Shown here: positions 25,155-37,000 of the stretch, piece after piece
How positions within the stretch are numbered: the stretch's first letter is position 1
How the letters are laid out: every line of letters begins with the position of its first letter
Origin: Euglena gracilis
Taxonomy: Eukaryota
Assembly (NCBI GenBank): GCA_039621445.1
Contig: CP154954.1
Location: 31,706,012-31,770,011 of the forward strand
Direction of reading: 5' to 3'
DNA: 64,000 nucleotides
The notes under the pieces: model-generated
Seen by the model: only the letters and a program-made list of their open reading frames with translations
Told to the model about the DNA's origin: nothing
Databases searched by the model: none
Made by a program: the position numbers and the translations under genes

Positions 25155-25445
25155 AGGGGAGAGTTGGCTCACGAGTTGATGCCCCCCCCCCCTTGGAGAA
25201 GGGTGGAGGGGAGAGATGGCTCACGAGTTGATGCCCCCCCCTGTCCAAGAGAGTGGTGGGGAGAGTTGGCTCACGAGTTGATGCCCCCCCCCCCCCTGTG
25301 CAAGGGAGGTGGGGAGAGATGGCTCACGAGTTGATGCCCCACCCCCCCTGAGAAAGAAGTGGGGAGAGTTGGCTCACGAGGTGATGCCCCCACCACGAGA
25401 CAGAGGTGAGGGAGAGTGGCTCACGAGTTGATGCCCCCCCCCCCC
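25155..25445 (+). repeat. Six ~50-bp units with constant core GGCTCACGAGTTGATGCCCC and variable linkers
   Basis: Directly visible; degenerate units near 25110 and 25490; repeated at ~37555-37840. Confidence 0.85.
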
Positions 25446-26907
25446 TGTTTGAGATTCGGTGGCACCCAGTTCGCCAAGTTGGGGTTGGGAGAGTTCGGCT
25501 CTTTCGAGATGCCCCCCCCCCCCTGTGAAGGACAAGTCCAATGGCCAAGGGAGTCAAGTATGGAGACTGGGTCTCCTTTTGGGAAGGGGAGTGTGGCATT
25601 GGACATGTCCCTACGCATTCTGCAATTAAGCCTGGCGCAAATGTCAGCGCGCGCGCAGGCACACTTTTTTTTGTAAAAAATTCTGGTTGTTTGCTTTGCA
25701 GGCAATCAGCGTACAACTTTGTCCATGTTTACCTCCAAGTCTGGTGCAAATGGGATTGCGTGCAGTGGAAGTTACAAGTTATAAGATTTTATGAAGAAAT
25801 ACACTGTGAAGAAAAAGGGAGATTTTTTTGAGAAGCCCAGCCCCAGCAAAAGGGCAAGAGCCCTTTTTACAAGCTGGGGGGAGAAACCTGGCAGTTTCAA
25901 GCTGCATGCTTTGGCACAAGCAGCCTGACACAGAAATTTATGACTCTCATGAGAGTCTGGGAAGGAAAATGGAGAAAGGAAGGAAAGGTAGTTTTCATCT
26001 ACCTGGACGAAATTTTGCTGTTAGCCCCCAGCAAAAAGACAGCAGCCCAACATTTGGCAGAAATGAGAACAGACCTTTAACTGGCAGGTTTCAGATTAAA
26101 CCTCCCCAAATCCTGTCTGGAACCCACACAGGAGATAAAACATCTGGGCCAGTGGATCAATTTGAAAAATGGAAAACTGGCAATTCCTCAGGAAAAACTC
26201 AAATCCTTGAGAAGGGAGCTAGGCAAAGTGCTCACAACACAAAAAATGAGCTGCAGAAACCTCAGTTCTATTGTGGGGCAAATCAGAAGCTATTTAGTAT
26301 CAATGCCATTTCTACGAATTCTTACAGACCAACTTTGCAAAATGGTGGAGCTACACACCAAGTGGGGTTGGGACCACACCCTGACCATTCCACAAGGGGT
26401 CAAGGATCAGATTGTGGAAATAAAGGAAATTTTACAGCCAGGTGTGGGCAGGGCATTTCAATCCCATGCTTCACAGGAACTGTTCTCAGACAGCAGCACC
26501 TGGCAGTGGGGGGGGGGGGGCTGGACAAAAAGTCAGGTCAAAAAACCAAAATTTCTGGAGGGACCTGCATGTCCCTCACATCAATAAAAAATAATTGATG
26601 TCTGCAGTGGAAACTGTAAAGGCTTTAGCAAAACCAAAACAAACCATTGTTCTTCATGTGGACAACCAGGTGGCAGTAAGTTATTTAACAAAATGAGGAG
26701 GCAAAAAGCCATACCTAAACTCCATCCTAAAACCCCTTCTGTACCATTGCCAAGAAAAGCAAATCAATTTGCAGGTGGTTTGGGTTCCCACCCAGGAGCA
26801 ATTGGTAGGCTCCCTGACCAGGGAGCAAAAAGATCCAGGGGATTATACCGTAAACATAAACATTTTTCACCAGATTCTGAAATTTATCAAAACACATCAC
26901 CCCAAAG

Positions 26908-27290
26908 GTGGACATGTTTTGCACACCCAGCAATAAAAAATTCCCCAAGTTCATTTGCCGATACCCCCACCAAGGGGCTTTGTTGGTGGATGCTCTGAAG
27001 GCAGATTTAAGGGGTCTCCCCCCAGTTTATGCACACCCTCCCTGGAGCATCATCCCTCAGTGGGTTCAGAGATTAATGCTAAACCCAGACCTGGTTTGTC
27101 TGTTGATCGTACCCCACTGGGCTTCGACATCATGGTGGCGCCAACTAATGACAGTCAGGCAGCCAGGCAGCAAAGTTTTGCTGGTACCCCCCCAGTGTGG
27201 TCTGTTCACCAACTGCTGGGGGGAGGAGATGCCCCTCCCAAGGTGGAATTTGGCCTGCTTGATTGTGTCAGGCAAATATTACAATCCCGG
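26908..27290 (+). pseudogene. DIRS Dam-like (N6-adenine) methyltransferase domain
   Basis: VDMFCTPSNKKFPKF..DAL..YAHPPWSIIP..LIVPHWASTSWW, the typical DIRS MT pattern (NPPW-like, here HPPW). Confidence 0.8.
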
Positions 27291-28145
27291 GAAGTTTCGA
27301 TGTCCAGTATCGACACTTACATAAAAAATCTTGGAAAATTCAAAAGATATGACTCAGCCTTCAGGGCATTGGTGGGCCAATTGTTGCACAAAAGGGGTGC
27401 CCCTGCAGGACTGCACAGTCCGCAGTATGGCTGAGGCCATCCTTGATCTTGCTGTTCACAGCATCAACACTGCACAAATGCATATGCAGCAGCTTTGTTA
27501 CTCCCAGGGTTTGGGTCATTGAGATTTTCCCCTCTTCTGGCTCCATTGAAAAGAAAGTGGAATTCCAATGTCTGCAAGTATGCCCATTTTTGGGACCCCA
27601 CTGACTTCCTAGAAAACATCCTCAGGGAGTCAAAACCCCTCTCAGAGCTATCTGTGAAAGAGCTCAGAAGCAGACTCGTCATCTGTTGGAGGCTTCTGGC
27701 CCTCCACAGGGGGGTGGATCTAGCCAGAACCCAGCGAAAAATCAGTTTCGTGGGAGAAAAAATTTTCATTTTATTGCACAGGAAAGGTTGGCAATTCCCC
27801 AGGTGGGAGGAAGTTTTGAATTTGCCACCCCCCCCCCCTCATAAGCCCCTGGCATTTATTGAAAGAGCACGTGGAAAGGACAGACTGCATGGTTGAGCAC
27901 AAAAAATAATTTGTTATGGTCTTTGGACGGTAAAAGACCTTTGGCATCAGAGAGAGTGAATTCCCTTACCAAATAAATTCTGCAAGAGGGGGGGGGTGGA
28001 CACCACCCACTGGAAACCCCACAGCACCAGAGGGGCTGGGGTTTTATGGTGGGAAAATGCTGGTTTGAAAGTGGAGGAAGTCTAGCAATTGGGTAGGTGG
28101 AAAATTTTTGGGGCCTTCCAAGCTCATTTTTTGAGACTCGGTGTC
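27290..28145 (+). pseudogene. DIRS tyrosine recombinase (frameshifts, stops)
   Basis: LALHRGVDLAR (catalytic R), KPHSTRGAG (HxxR), LGRW, AHFLRLG (expected catalytic Y reads F). Confidence 0.8.
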
Positions 28146-28923
28146 GTATCCAAAATTCAAAAACTTATGGCCCAAAGGGGGGTGCACAATACCTCACCAT
28201 CTCGCAGTGCGGAGCCCGAATGATCTCGGACTCCCACGACAGAGGAAGGGGAAGGAAGGGACCAAGAGGGCGAAGCACAAGAAGATGGCGAGCCCAACCC
28301 CCCCACCCAAAAAATCAGTGGAAAAAGAAAAACCTTCCAACCAGAAAGGGGACCCCCGACCAAGCAGCCCCAACCGCCCACCCAGAAACACACCAGGAAG
28401 AGACAGCCTTCCTCATCGAGGGGGGGGGGGGCACCAAGCGACCGTGTGAGAAGGGGGGGGGGGCGGGGCCACGACGGTTCAGCTTCGCCAACGAACACGC
28501 GCACCCCCCCCCCACACACGCACCCCCCCACACACGCACACCCCCCCACACACAGGACGCACGCACGCACACACGTACGCACGCACACGCACGCGCGCGC
28601 CATATTGGTCCAGGGGAACACACTCACCAATGACCAGTCAATGGGACGAGAATCTAATTTCTCCAATAATCTCTAAGAGTTACAATTTCGTGCTGACTCT
28701 TTGGGATTGTTTGCGGCATGAATTTGTGGGGATTCTTGCACACTCACGTCCACAGCACACATACAAAAACATACAACGCGCAACGCGCAATCCACATATT
28801 CCAAGCTCTGAAAAATGCGGCGTTAAAACATCCAACAATGAAATTTCCTCATTATAGACGAAGGAATTCACAGCTATGAAATGGACCTGGGAGTCTGCAG
28901 AAACGTTATGGCGGGGGGGGGGG

Positions 28924-29024
28924 TCAGATGGACAGCAGAAGGCCTAAGCGCCCCTTCCGGACGTGCTGGATCGGGTCGCATATCTGGACGACGGTCGGGT
29001 CGGGCTGGCCGGCCTTCATCACCC
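28924..29024 (-). pseudogene. Duplicated orphan copy of the host gene's terminal exon
   Basis: Matches 42383-42483 (VMKAGQPDPTVVQICDPIQHVRKGRLGLLLSI*). Confidence 0.75.
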
Positions 29025-30114
29025 GCCGCCACGGCCCCTTTCGGTGGGCAATGCCCCAGTCCAGCGGGGGGGGGGGGTCACCTCCGCTCCAAGAAACAGC
29101 AACGACTCACCTTTTTCATCAAAACCAGCCATCTGCCACCCAGCCGTCAGCCACCTTGGGAGCCAAGGATTGTGGCCAATTCTTTTCATGGTGAGCCATT
29201 GTTGCCGAGTCACTGGTGGCTTTTTGTGCCCCCCCCCCCCCTCCCCCGGCTCATGGGTCCAGCCCCAAAATCAGTCAATCACTCTGGAACAAAAAGTCAC
29301 CCCCCCTCCCCGGGTCGGCCAATGACAAACCACGGAAGCTCCTTTTGGGCCTTGAATTTGGGTCCCCAAAAATCCGAAAATATTTGTCGTTTTTTGTTCA
29401 AAATTATTCTTCACAATGTTTTGTCATCACTGGGCTTCTTTTTAACTCAGAACACCCACCCCCGGGGTGGGTGGGACCAGGGCCGGACCCCCCCAGGCAG
29501 GGCTGTATGGGAAAGGCCTGGTGGGGGGGGGTCGACCCCCCAACCCACCATGGCACCCGCACAAAGAAAATTCCTTCGGCGCCAAAGGAAAATTTTGACT
29601 TGTCGGCGCGTCCGGAAATACGGGAAGTGGTGGTGGGGGGTCGGACCCACCACCAGCATGGGGTGGGGGGGGGGTGGTCAGGGAAGAACGGGAAGACAGG
29701 GTGGGGGGGGGTGGTCGACCCCCACCCGGGAGGTGGGGGGGGGGGTGGGGGGTCGACCCCCCCAACCCACCACAGCATTTTCACCAATTTTGGGAAAACA
29801 GGGATGTCGGCCGGGGAAATTTTTGAAAAATTTCTTGAAAAACGAACCCAAAATACATGATTTTTTTGATGGAAAAACACATTTTTTTTTCACAGAAAAC
29901 CCTCAAAAAATTTTAGGTTTAAAAATTGGTAGGGTTGGTAGGTTGCGAAGGTCAAAAAAATTGGACCACATTTTGGAACATTCAAATTTTACTGACATTT
30001 TTTCTCTTGGATTTTTTGCTGTACAGCCCTACCTCCGTGCCTGGTTCTCATCAATTTCAAAAAAAACATCACAATTTTTTATGGAGTTTCTCTTTCCATG
30101 GTTCCAGCGTTTCT

Positions 30115-33100
30115 ACACTACGGAGACAAAATGTAACATGGCTCCCTCCAACGCACTCACCAAAATTCCTTGCAATTGGTGGGGATCCACCAAGGGCAAA
30201 TTTCTTACCTCCACCACGTTAAAAAAAAACTTCCCGGTTCTTATTCCCTGACAATTTCCTCGTTGTAAAGTCTGGGAATATCCCGTCTTAGAACCCGATG
30301 CGCGTCGGCGTCGGTCACATCTTTTGCAAAATTTCTCAACATGAGAAAATCTGTCTCAAAACTTTTCCAATCCTCCCTAGTTAGGTTGCTTTTGCTTGAG
30401 GCGGATTTCTTCCAATTTTTGGCTTGCACAATTTCGTGCCCCACTGCAATTTTTTTTCCCAACAAGTCCCAAGCTTGTTAAAAGTTTGTGATCATTCCCG
30501 TCCCCCTTAAGAGCCTCAAACGGTCTCATCGGTTTCATTTACGGAGGAAATCAAAAGTGACAAGAGGTCTTGGTCGTCGGTTGGACCTCTGGAACGTCTT
30601 TGCACATATTCTTTCCATCGAAAGCGAAAATCAGGCCAATCTTCGGTGTGGCCAGAAAAATTTTCGAGTTTTGCCTCTTTTGCCACCATGGCACTCAAGG
30701 GGGATCTAACAAAAATTGGATTTTGGCTTCCAAAATTGGTGCCTCTTCCCCCCCCCCCCATCCCCACCTCCACCCCAATGGGCAAAATTTGCACCGGAAC
30801 AACAACGGTCGGACATTTTTGGGTTGATTCGACGGGAAAGCCCAACACGTTGATGGTGGGGGGCATATGAAAGGGGTACTTTCTGTACGGGGGGTGCTTG
30901 AACACCGGGGGGACCCACTTGTGCGGGGCCGTGGGAATCCGAATTCTGGGTGTGGGGGGTAAAAACGGGTGTTGGTTGGGTCACAGGAACGTGCAGAGTG
31001 TGGCTTTGCCAACAGGGGGTAGAGCCCACCTTATGGTGCTCCTCCCATTTGTGCAAGACCTCCACTCCGGCATGTTGCCCGAAAAAGCCGCTCCCCTACC
31101 TCCGGGCCTAGGTTGCCCGAGTAGGGAGCGACGGGGGGGGATGTTTTGAAAATATTCTAAAACCAACCCACTCACCTCTCGAGAGGGGATTGAGAGGGTA
31201 TTGGTTCCCTTCTACCCAAATAGCCAAAATCCAACCCATAGCTGGTGCTTGGGGTTGCCGTGTTGTTGACCTTTCCGATCCTGTTGAGGCCTCCCGCACC
31301 GCCACCACAGCGGTGGGGGGAAAAGGGCCCCCGGACACCGCGAGAGCGGCGGTGCCGGGGTTGGGGGTCTCCCTCCTCATTGGTGGTGTATTTGGATTTT
31401 GCCCCCGTGGACCATCCAAATTCATGGCTTGGGAAGGGGGGGAGGCTTGTCCACAGGGACCCCCTGCCCCAAAACCTTGGGAGAAAAATCGTTCACCCAC
31501 GTTTTGCATCTCAAAACGACAATTTTTTTGCTCAAGTCCAAAAATGTGAGCGGAAACACATTTTTGAAAATCCTCAACCCTGGACAAAATGGTACCAAAG
31601 GCTTTTTGACTTGCGTTTTCCAAACCAAAAGCTTGACGTTTCACTCCAAAAAGTTCTTGCCGTTTCTCATTTTCATCACGAGAAATCTTTTGGTGAATTT
31701 GTGCCAAAATCTGATCTTGGTGCTCAACTGAGCTTTCCAGGTTTTGAATGCGGGGGGGCAAAGTCCATTTTCTTTTCTGGTCATTCCACCCGCATTTTTT
31801 TGATCAATTTCCAACTCCATTGCGGCAATTTGTCCTATAGCCACTTCTATTTGTTCCTCAAAGTTTTGAATCCTCCCAGAAATTTGGTCAAAAAACTTTT
31901 AATAAAGTTTCCTTTCATTCTTGACCAACTCCACATGTTTATTTAACATTCCTGAAATGATTTCTTGTCTTCCCTCAAGAAAATTAAGTCTTTCTTCAAT
32001 TTTCCAGTATCCGTCCCAAGGATCCGCATCACCGCCCCTCCTCCTCCATTGGCTCGGGGGGGGGGGGACTTGTGAATTTTCAGCCGGGGAGCTCTCGTGC
32101 ATGGGTGTCCCACTTTCCAAAAATTGAGAATGATCATCACCCCCGCCCGTTTCTTGGGAGGGAATCGGGGAAATTTCAATCTTTGGGGGGACTCCACATC
32201 TCTCCAACCCACGGGATTGTGGATTTTCCATGGGCGTGGGAAAATTTTGCCCTTCCAAAACTTGCAATGGGGCAGCCAAGGTTTGAACACCGCCAATCAT
32301 GGGGGGGAAATCACCACCACCGCCAGGGATCCTTGGTTGAGATTGCTGAAGTATGAAAAAAATCTTCTGGTAATTGTCCCCTGAAAATTTTTCTTCCTTC
32401 TTCTTTTTGCAACTCCCCCCTCAAACTGTCAGTAAGTTTGGTAAGGCGACGTAATTCATTTTCCACAGAAAATTCGCCTTGTGTGATTTATGGTTTTTTT
32501 GCACTTTTTCCGGCACACACGTCCCAAACCATGAGGAAATTCTTTTTTCCACGAAATAGTGGAAGAGGAAGATTCTGATTCTGCTTCAAATTCTCGGGGG
32601 GGGTCTACTTCTTTTCGGGTTCTTTTCAGGTGGTTTTTCTTCGGGGGGTGTGCAGACATGCAGGCATGGGGGGGGTTGGTTTGCTGTCGTGTGTGGTGTC
32701 CGCTTGGTGATGTTCGCCAGCTGCATCAATACGGTGCCCCCCTCACCAGCTGCAGCTGCCAATAAAAACAATGTTCTTGATTCTTCTGTGTCTTTTTCTT
32801 TTTGATTTTCAAACTTCACCATTGCATCTTCTCCGTTTGGGAATGCCATCGATGGCATGAGGGGGCCCATGGGCACCACCTCGGGGGGCCTGATGGCACC
32901 ACCCCTTCAACTTCTTGATGTTCTTGCTCTTCTTCTTCTTGGCCAGGCCAAGCCTCCCCCGGGCCTTGGCCAGAGGATCCGGGTAGGACCTCCATGAAAA
33001 CCCTTTATTGGTTCGAAATTTATTCGGATCATTGGCCTCGGCTGTTTTTTGAGGGGGCTGCCGGCCTTCGAAGTAAAAATCTTCAAGTGTTTCGTTTTTT

Positions 33101-33498
33101 TTTTTGATCTTGAGCTTTCCATATCAACCTTCAAATTGATTTTTTTTGTCAAATTCAGGTTCTTCCAAGCACAAACAATTTATTTTTTGTTTGTAGTCTT
33201 CACCAGTACATTGTATGGACAAAGAACCCTGTGTGTGAGATAGGGTTTGATATTTGGGGCTGTGCTTAACTAGGAATTTGCTCTGTTCCTACCGACCGGA
33301 AAACTTCGGCCGACTGATCCAGGAAATTTCGCCAGTTAAGGCCGGCAAGGCCAAAATAGGGGTTCATGCTTCAAAGGCCTACCCACAGAACCTTTTCCGA
33401 ACTTTTAATTCGACTGAAATCCAAAAATGGGAATTTCAGTGATTTTCCAAGCCCCAGGACCAATTTAGGTAAAATTGTTGGTTAAGGACCACTTAACA
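30115..33498 (-). mobile_element. Duplicated 5' portion of the Gypsy element (gag, PBS 32977-32994, LTR 32995-33498)
   Basis: Copy of 17720-21104. Confidence 0.9.
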
Positions 33499-34034
33499 CT
33501 GGTTGCCACCTTGGCCTTTGTTCCGGCGATTTTTGGTGATGTAGATGCCTTCATGGCTGGTTGTCCAGTCATGGCCTTTGTTTCCTTGGCCTGTGCGGTT
33601 TTGGCGGCCATAGCTCACAGAATGTGTTCTTTGGATTGTTGTCCCTTGGTCCCAATGGGCGTAGTGGGCTGCTGGCCGTTCTGCCTCTTACGGGGCCTCC
33701 TGACCACTGACTGCCAGGGTCCGTGGCCATCACTTTTGGGCGGTTTGGGTTGTGGAAGTTTCTTTTGGGGCAATTTTCATTTAGTGAAGGGGCGGCCGCG
33801 GTGCATGCCGCGACCCATGCCTTCAGGTTGTCAAGCTGCTGCTGCTGCTGCTGCTCCGTCTTGAAGCTCTCCAGCGCTTCTCGTCTTGCAAATAGCATCT
33901 GCCATTGAAAATTTTCTGAAGCTTCAGCAGTATCTGCTCTGGCGTTCTGCAGAGCGTCTTTTTCCGTATAATTCGAAATGATTGAGGGACTTCTGCTCTT
34001 GTAATGGACAAGGCACTTGGCGTTCCTCTCTGAC

Positions 34035-37000
34035 CATTCGGGCTCCACACTGCGAGATGGTGAGGTCCTGCTTTCCTTGCCGGGTGTTCTGTTCTGGTGT
34101 GTTTGTGCGTATGCGGGGGGTGCTTCTTACTGCTTTTTGTTGCCTGAGTTGGCTGATTCCTAATTCTGCCCTTCGACTACAAGGAGAAATAATTTTAACT
34201 CAACGAGTTCCACACAGTTCACTACAGCGACCTATCAATACAGCGGACGAAGAGCAATCCAGACGATAACGAAAAGCGGAGGAAGAAATTTTGATTTCCT
34301 GAAAGATGCAACATACCTGGTGTCCAGCGGCCCGACAGAGCAACAAAGAACCCCTGCGAAGGCAGCAGAAGCTGGAGAAGATGGAGTTCCAGCAGGCGCC
34401 GGAGCAACCCACATGGAACCAAGCTGTCATGCAGCATTACAACGAGTTTCAAGGCAGAAACCTGAAGGGGAGAAGAGTGGAGGAGGAGGAGGAGGAGCAG
34501 GAGCTGGAGACGCTGACGGAGCAGGAGCGGAGCACCAGTCCGTGGCCGTCCCCTCCCCACCTTCCAATTTCCCGGAAAGATTTTAATTCCGTCAGTTCGA
34601 CGACGGCCATGGACCCTGGACATTGGTGGCCAGAAAGTCGAGGAGACAAATACACCAGCAGCACACAGCCCAGAGGGAGAGAACTGGGCAGACAGGTCTG
34701 GAAGACTACCCTCCGGTTTCCACATCGCCACCCCCTCACCCAGGGGGAACGTTCCAAGGGGAAATGGACTGCATCAAGGGCATGACCACCCTTTTCAACA
34801 AGGCTATGACAGCCATTATTATCAAGGGCATGGAGCCCAACTGCAAGGCTATGGAAGCCCGAAGCAAGTGCTGCAAACTTGCTCCAGGGGAAAGGTTGGT
34901 CCAACTTACCCCACAGCTCTCTCAAACATGAACCCCTCAGGAGCTGCCCATTAATGCAGCAAGCAGCCCCCCTTTCGGGGACAGAAGGCCAATGGAGGCC
35001 ATTGTATTCAAAAGCACGAGGCCAATGGGGGCCAGTGGAGGAATCAAGACGCCAAGGCCAGTGCAGGCCATTTCAATCAAAATCAGGAGGCCATTGGGGG
35101 CCAATATATGATTCAAGATCACCACATCAACCCTTGGGGGGGAGGCCCAAGATTGGCTGCAACAGGGCCCCCACAGAAGATAATCAGCCCAGACACCCCA
35201 GCTTTATATGTACCTCCCACTGCAGACACAGACCTTCCCCCATCATTCAAAAACACGGGGAAAGCCTGTCTTTGGAAAGCCCTATGGCAGGGCCAGCTGC
35301 AGCCCCAGTGATGGGGCAGCCAGGGGGCAGGACCCCAGTGATGGGGCCTGTGGAATCCCCAGACACATTACACCCAGGGGTACCCCCTCATAGGGCCCTG
35401 CGGGCCAGCATTCCTCACTGGATCAAGGCAGGAGCCAGCAGAGAGGTATTAAACCTGATAAGGGAGGGGGTTATGGCAGATCTTCCCCTCCCTACCCCCA
35501 GATAACCTTAAAAGTTCCCTTCAAAACCCCCCAAGAAATAATGACTGCCCAAAAAAATTCTGACAGAATGCGAATGTGCAGGGGCAACCAGGCAAATTCC
35601 CCCAGAGGAGGCAAAACATTTTGTCCCTTACTTCATCATTTCCAAAAAAAGAGGGGGAAAAGACAAAAGGAAAGACAAATTTCGGGCTGTCGACAGTTAA
35701 ATCTCCATTTCACCCAACAGAAGTTCAGACTGGAGCACATGGGGAACATCTTCCCATATTTAAGAAAAGGTTGGTGTTGTTGAAAAATCGATCTGAAAGA
35801 ATCTTATTTACATCTGCAGCTGCACAGCAGATTAGAAAAATATGTTTGCATGCAGCTTGTGGCATTGGACATGTCCCTACGCATTCTGCAATAAAGCCTG
35901 GCGCAAATGTCAGCGCGCGCGCAGGCACACTTTTTTTTGTAAAAAATTCTGGTTGTTTGCTTTGCAGGCAATCAGCGTACAACTTTGTCCATGTTTACCT
36001 CCAAGTCTGGTGCAAATGGGATTGCGTGCAGTGGAAGTTACAAGTTATAATATTTTATGAAGAAATAAACTGTGAAGAAAAAGGGAGATTTTTTTGAGAA
36101 GCCCAGCCCCAGCAAAAGGGCAAGAGCCCTTTTTACACAAAGTTGTATGAGTGTTGCCCATGGAGAAGGACGTGGCCAAGGTGGCGCTGCGCCGGAGACC
36201 TCAGACTGTGTTATGCATGCCAGAGATGGCCATGGGGGTCATGCCAGGAATGGCCATGGGGGCCATGCCAGGAATGGCCATGGGGGCCATGCCGCAGATG
36301 GCCATTGGGGCCATGGCACGGATGGCCATGGGGGTCATGCCGCAGATGGCCATTGGGGCCATGCTACAGATGGCCATGGGGGCCATGGTGCTGATGCACA
36401 TTCCCGTGCACGCCATCGACGAGTGGTGAAGTTGGATGGTGCTGATGCACCTGATGGCCATGGTGATTGTGGACATTCCCAGGAGTGGCATGCAGGTGAG
36501 GATGGTGATGGTGGTGGTGGCCATGGTGGCCAGAGAGATGCCCAGATGTGGCATGGGGCTGAGGGGGATGCTGCAGATGACCAAGTCCGACATGCCAGTG
36601 GAGTCCATGATGCCCGAGGTGGTGATGCCCCTGGTGGACAAGTGTCGACAGCCCTGAAGAACGACGTGAGGCTGAGGCTGCAGCTGGAGAAGGACATCCC
36701 CATCCTGGTGCTGTCGCCGGAGGAGTTGGTGCTGCTGCTGTTCCGAGATGCGGACGTGGCCGGCAACCTCCTCCAGTACGGGCAGCTGGACGTGGCGATG
36801 CTGATCCCCAACGTCAACGAGATGAAGACGAGGAAGATGTGGGAGGACCTCCAGCCCCATGTGACAAAGCGGTATTACTATCAGCCGAAGTGGTTTTCTG
36901 GACCGCTTTACAGCCCAACGGGGTACTGGGCCCTGAAGCTGGACTTGAGGACGAGACGAGAGGAGAGAGATGAGTGGATGGAGATTGAGGAAGATGGGAC

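Larger units (their letters stand above)
23465..25871 (+). mobile_element. Non-autonomous small LTR element (TRIM/LARD-like) inserted in the DIRS RT
   Basis: LTRs 23465-23742 and 25592-25871 (TG..CA, ~280 bp, near identical); TSD AGCT; PPT GGGAAGGGGAG 25581-25591. Excision restores the RT reading VCMQLGGETWQF. Confidence 0.92.
21641..28490 (+). mobile_element. DIRS1-like retrotransposon, copy 1 (right ITR deleted)
   Basis: Left ITR 21641-~21790; RT (FRLEH..LKIDLK..YLH; WQFQAACFG; FIYLDE); RNase H (LFSDSSTWQWG; HVDNQVAVSY); MTase (VDMF..YAHPPW); YR (LHRGVDL; KPHSTRGA; LGRW); ICR 28191-28290. Confidence 0.88.

Noticed and set aside
25155-25445. CRISPR array
   Set aside because: Eukaryotic context inside an LTR element, no cas genes, and the linkers are short, related to each other and G/C-run based.
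28881-30251. 456-aa ORF
   Set aside because: Runs antisense over the host terminal exon, MITE-like G/C runs and the duplication junction; the frame is broken in the second copy.
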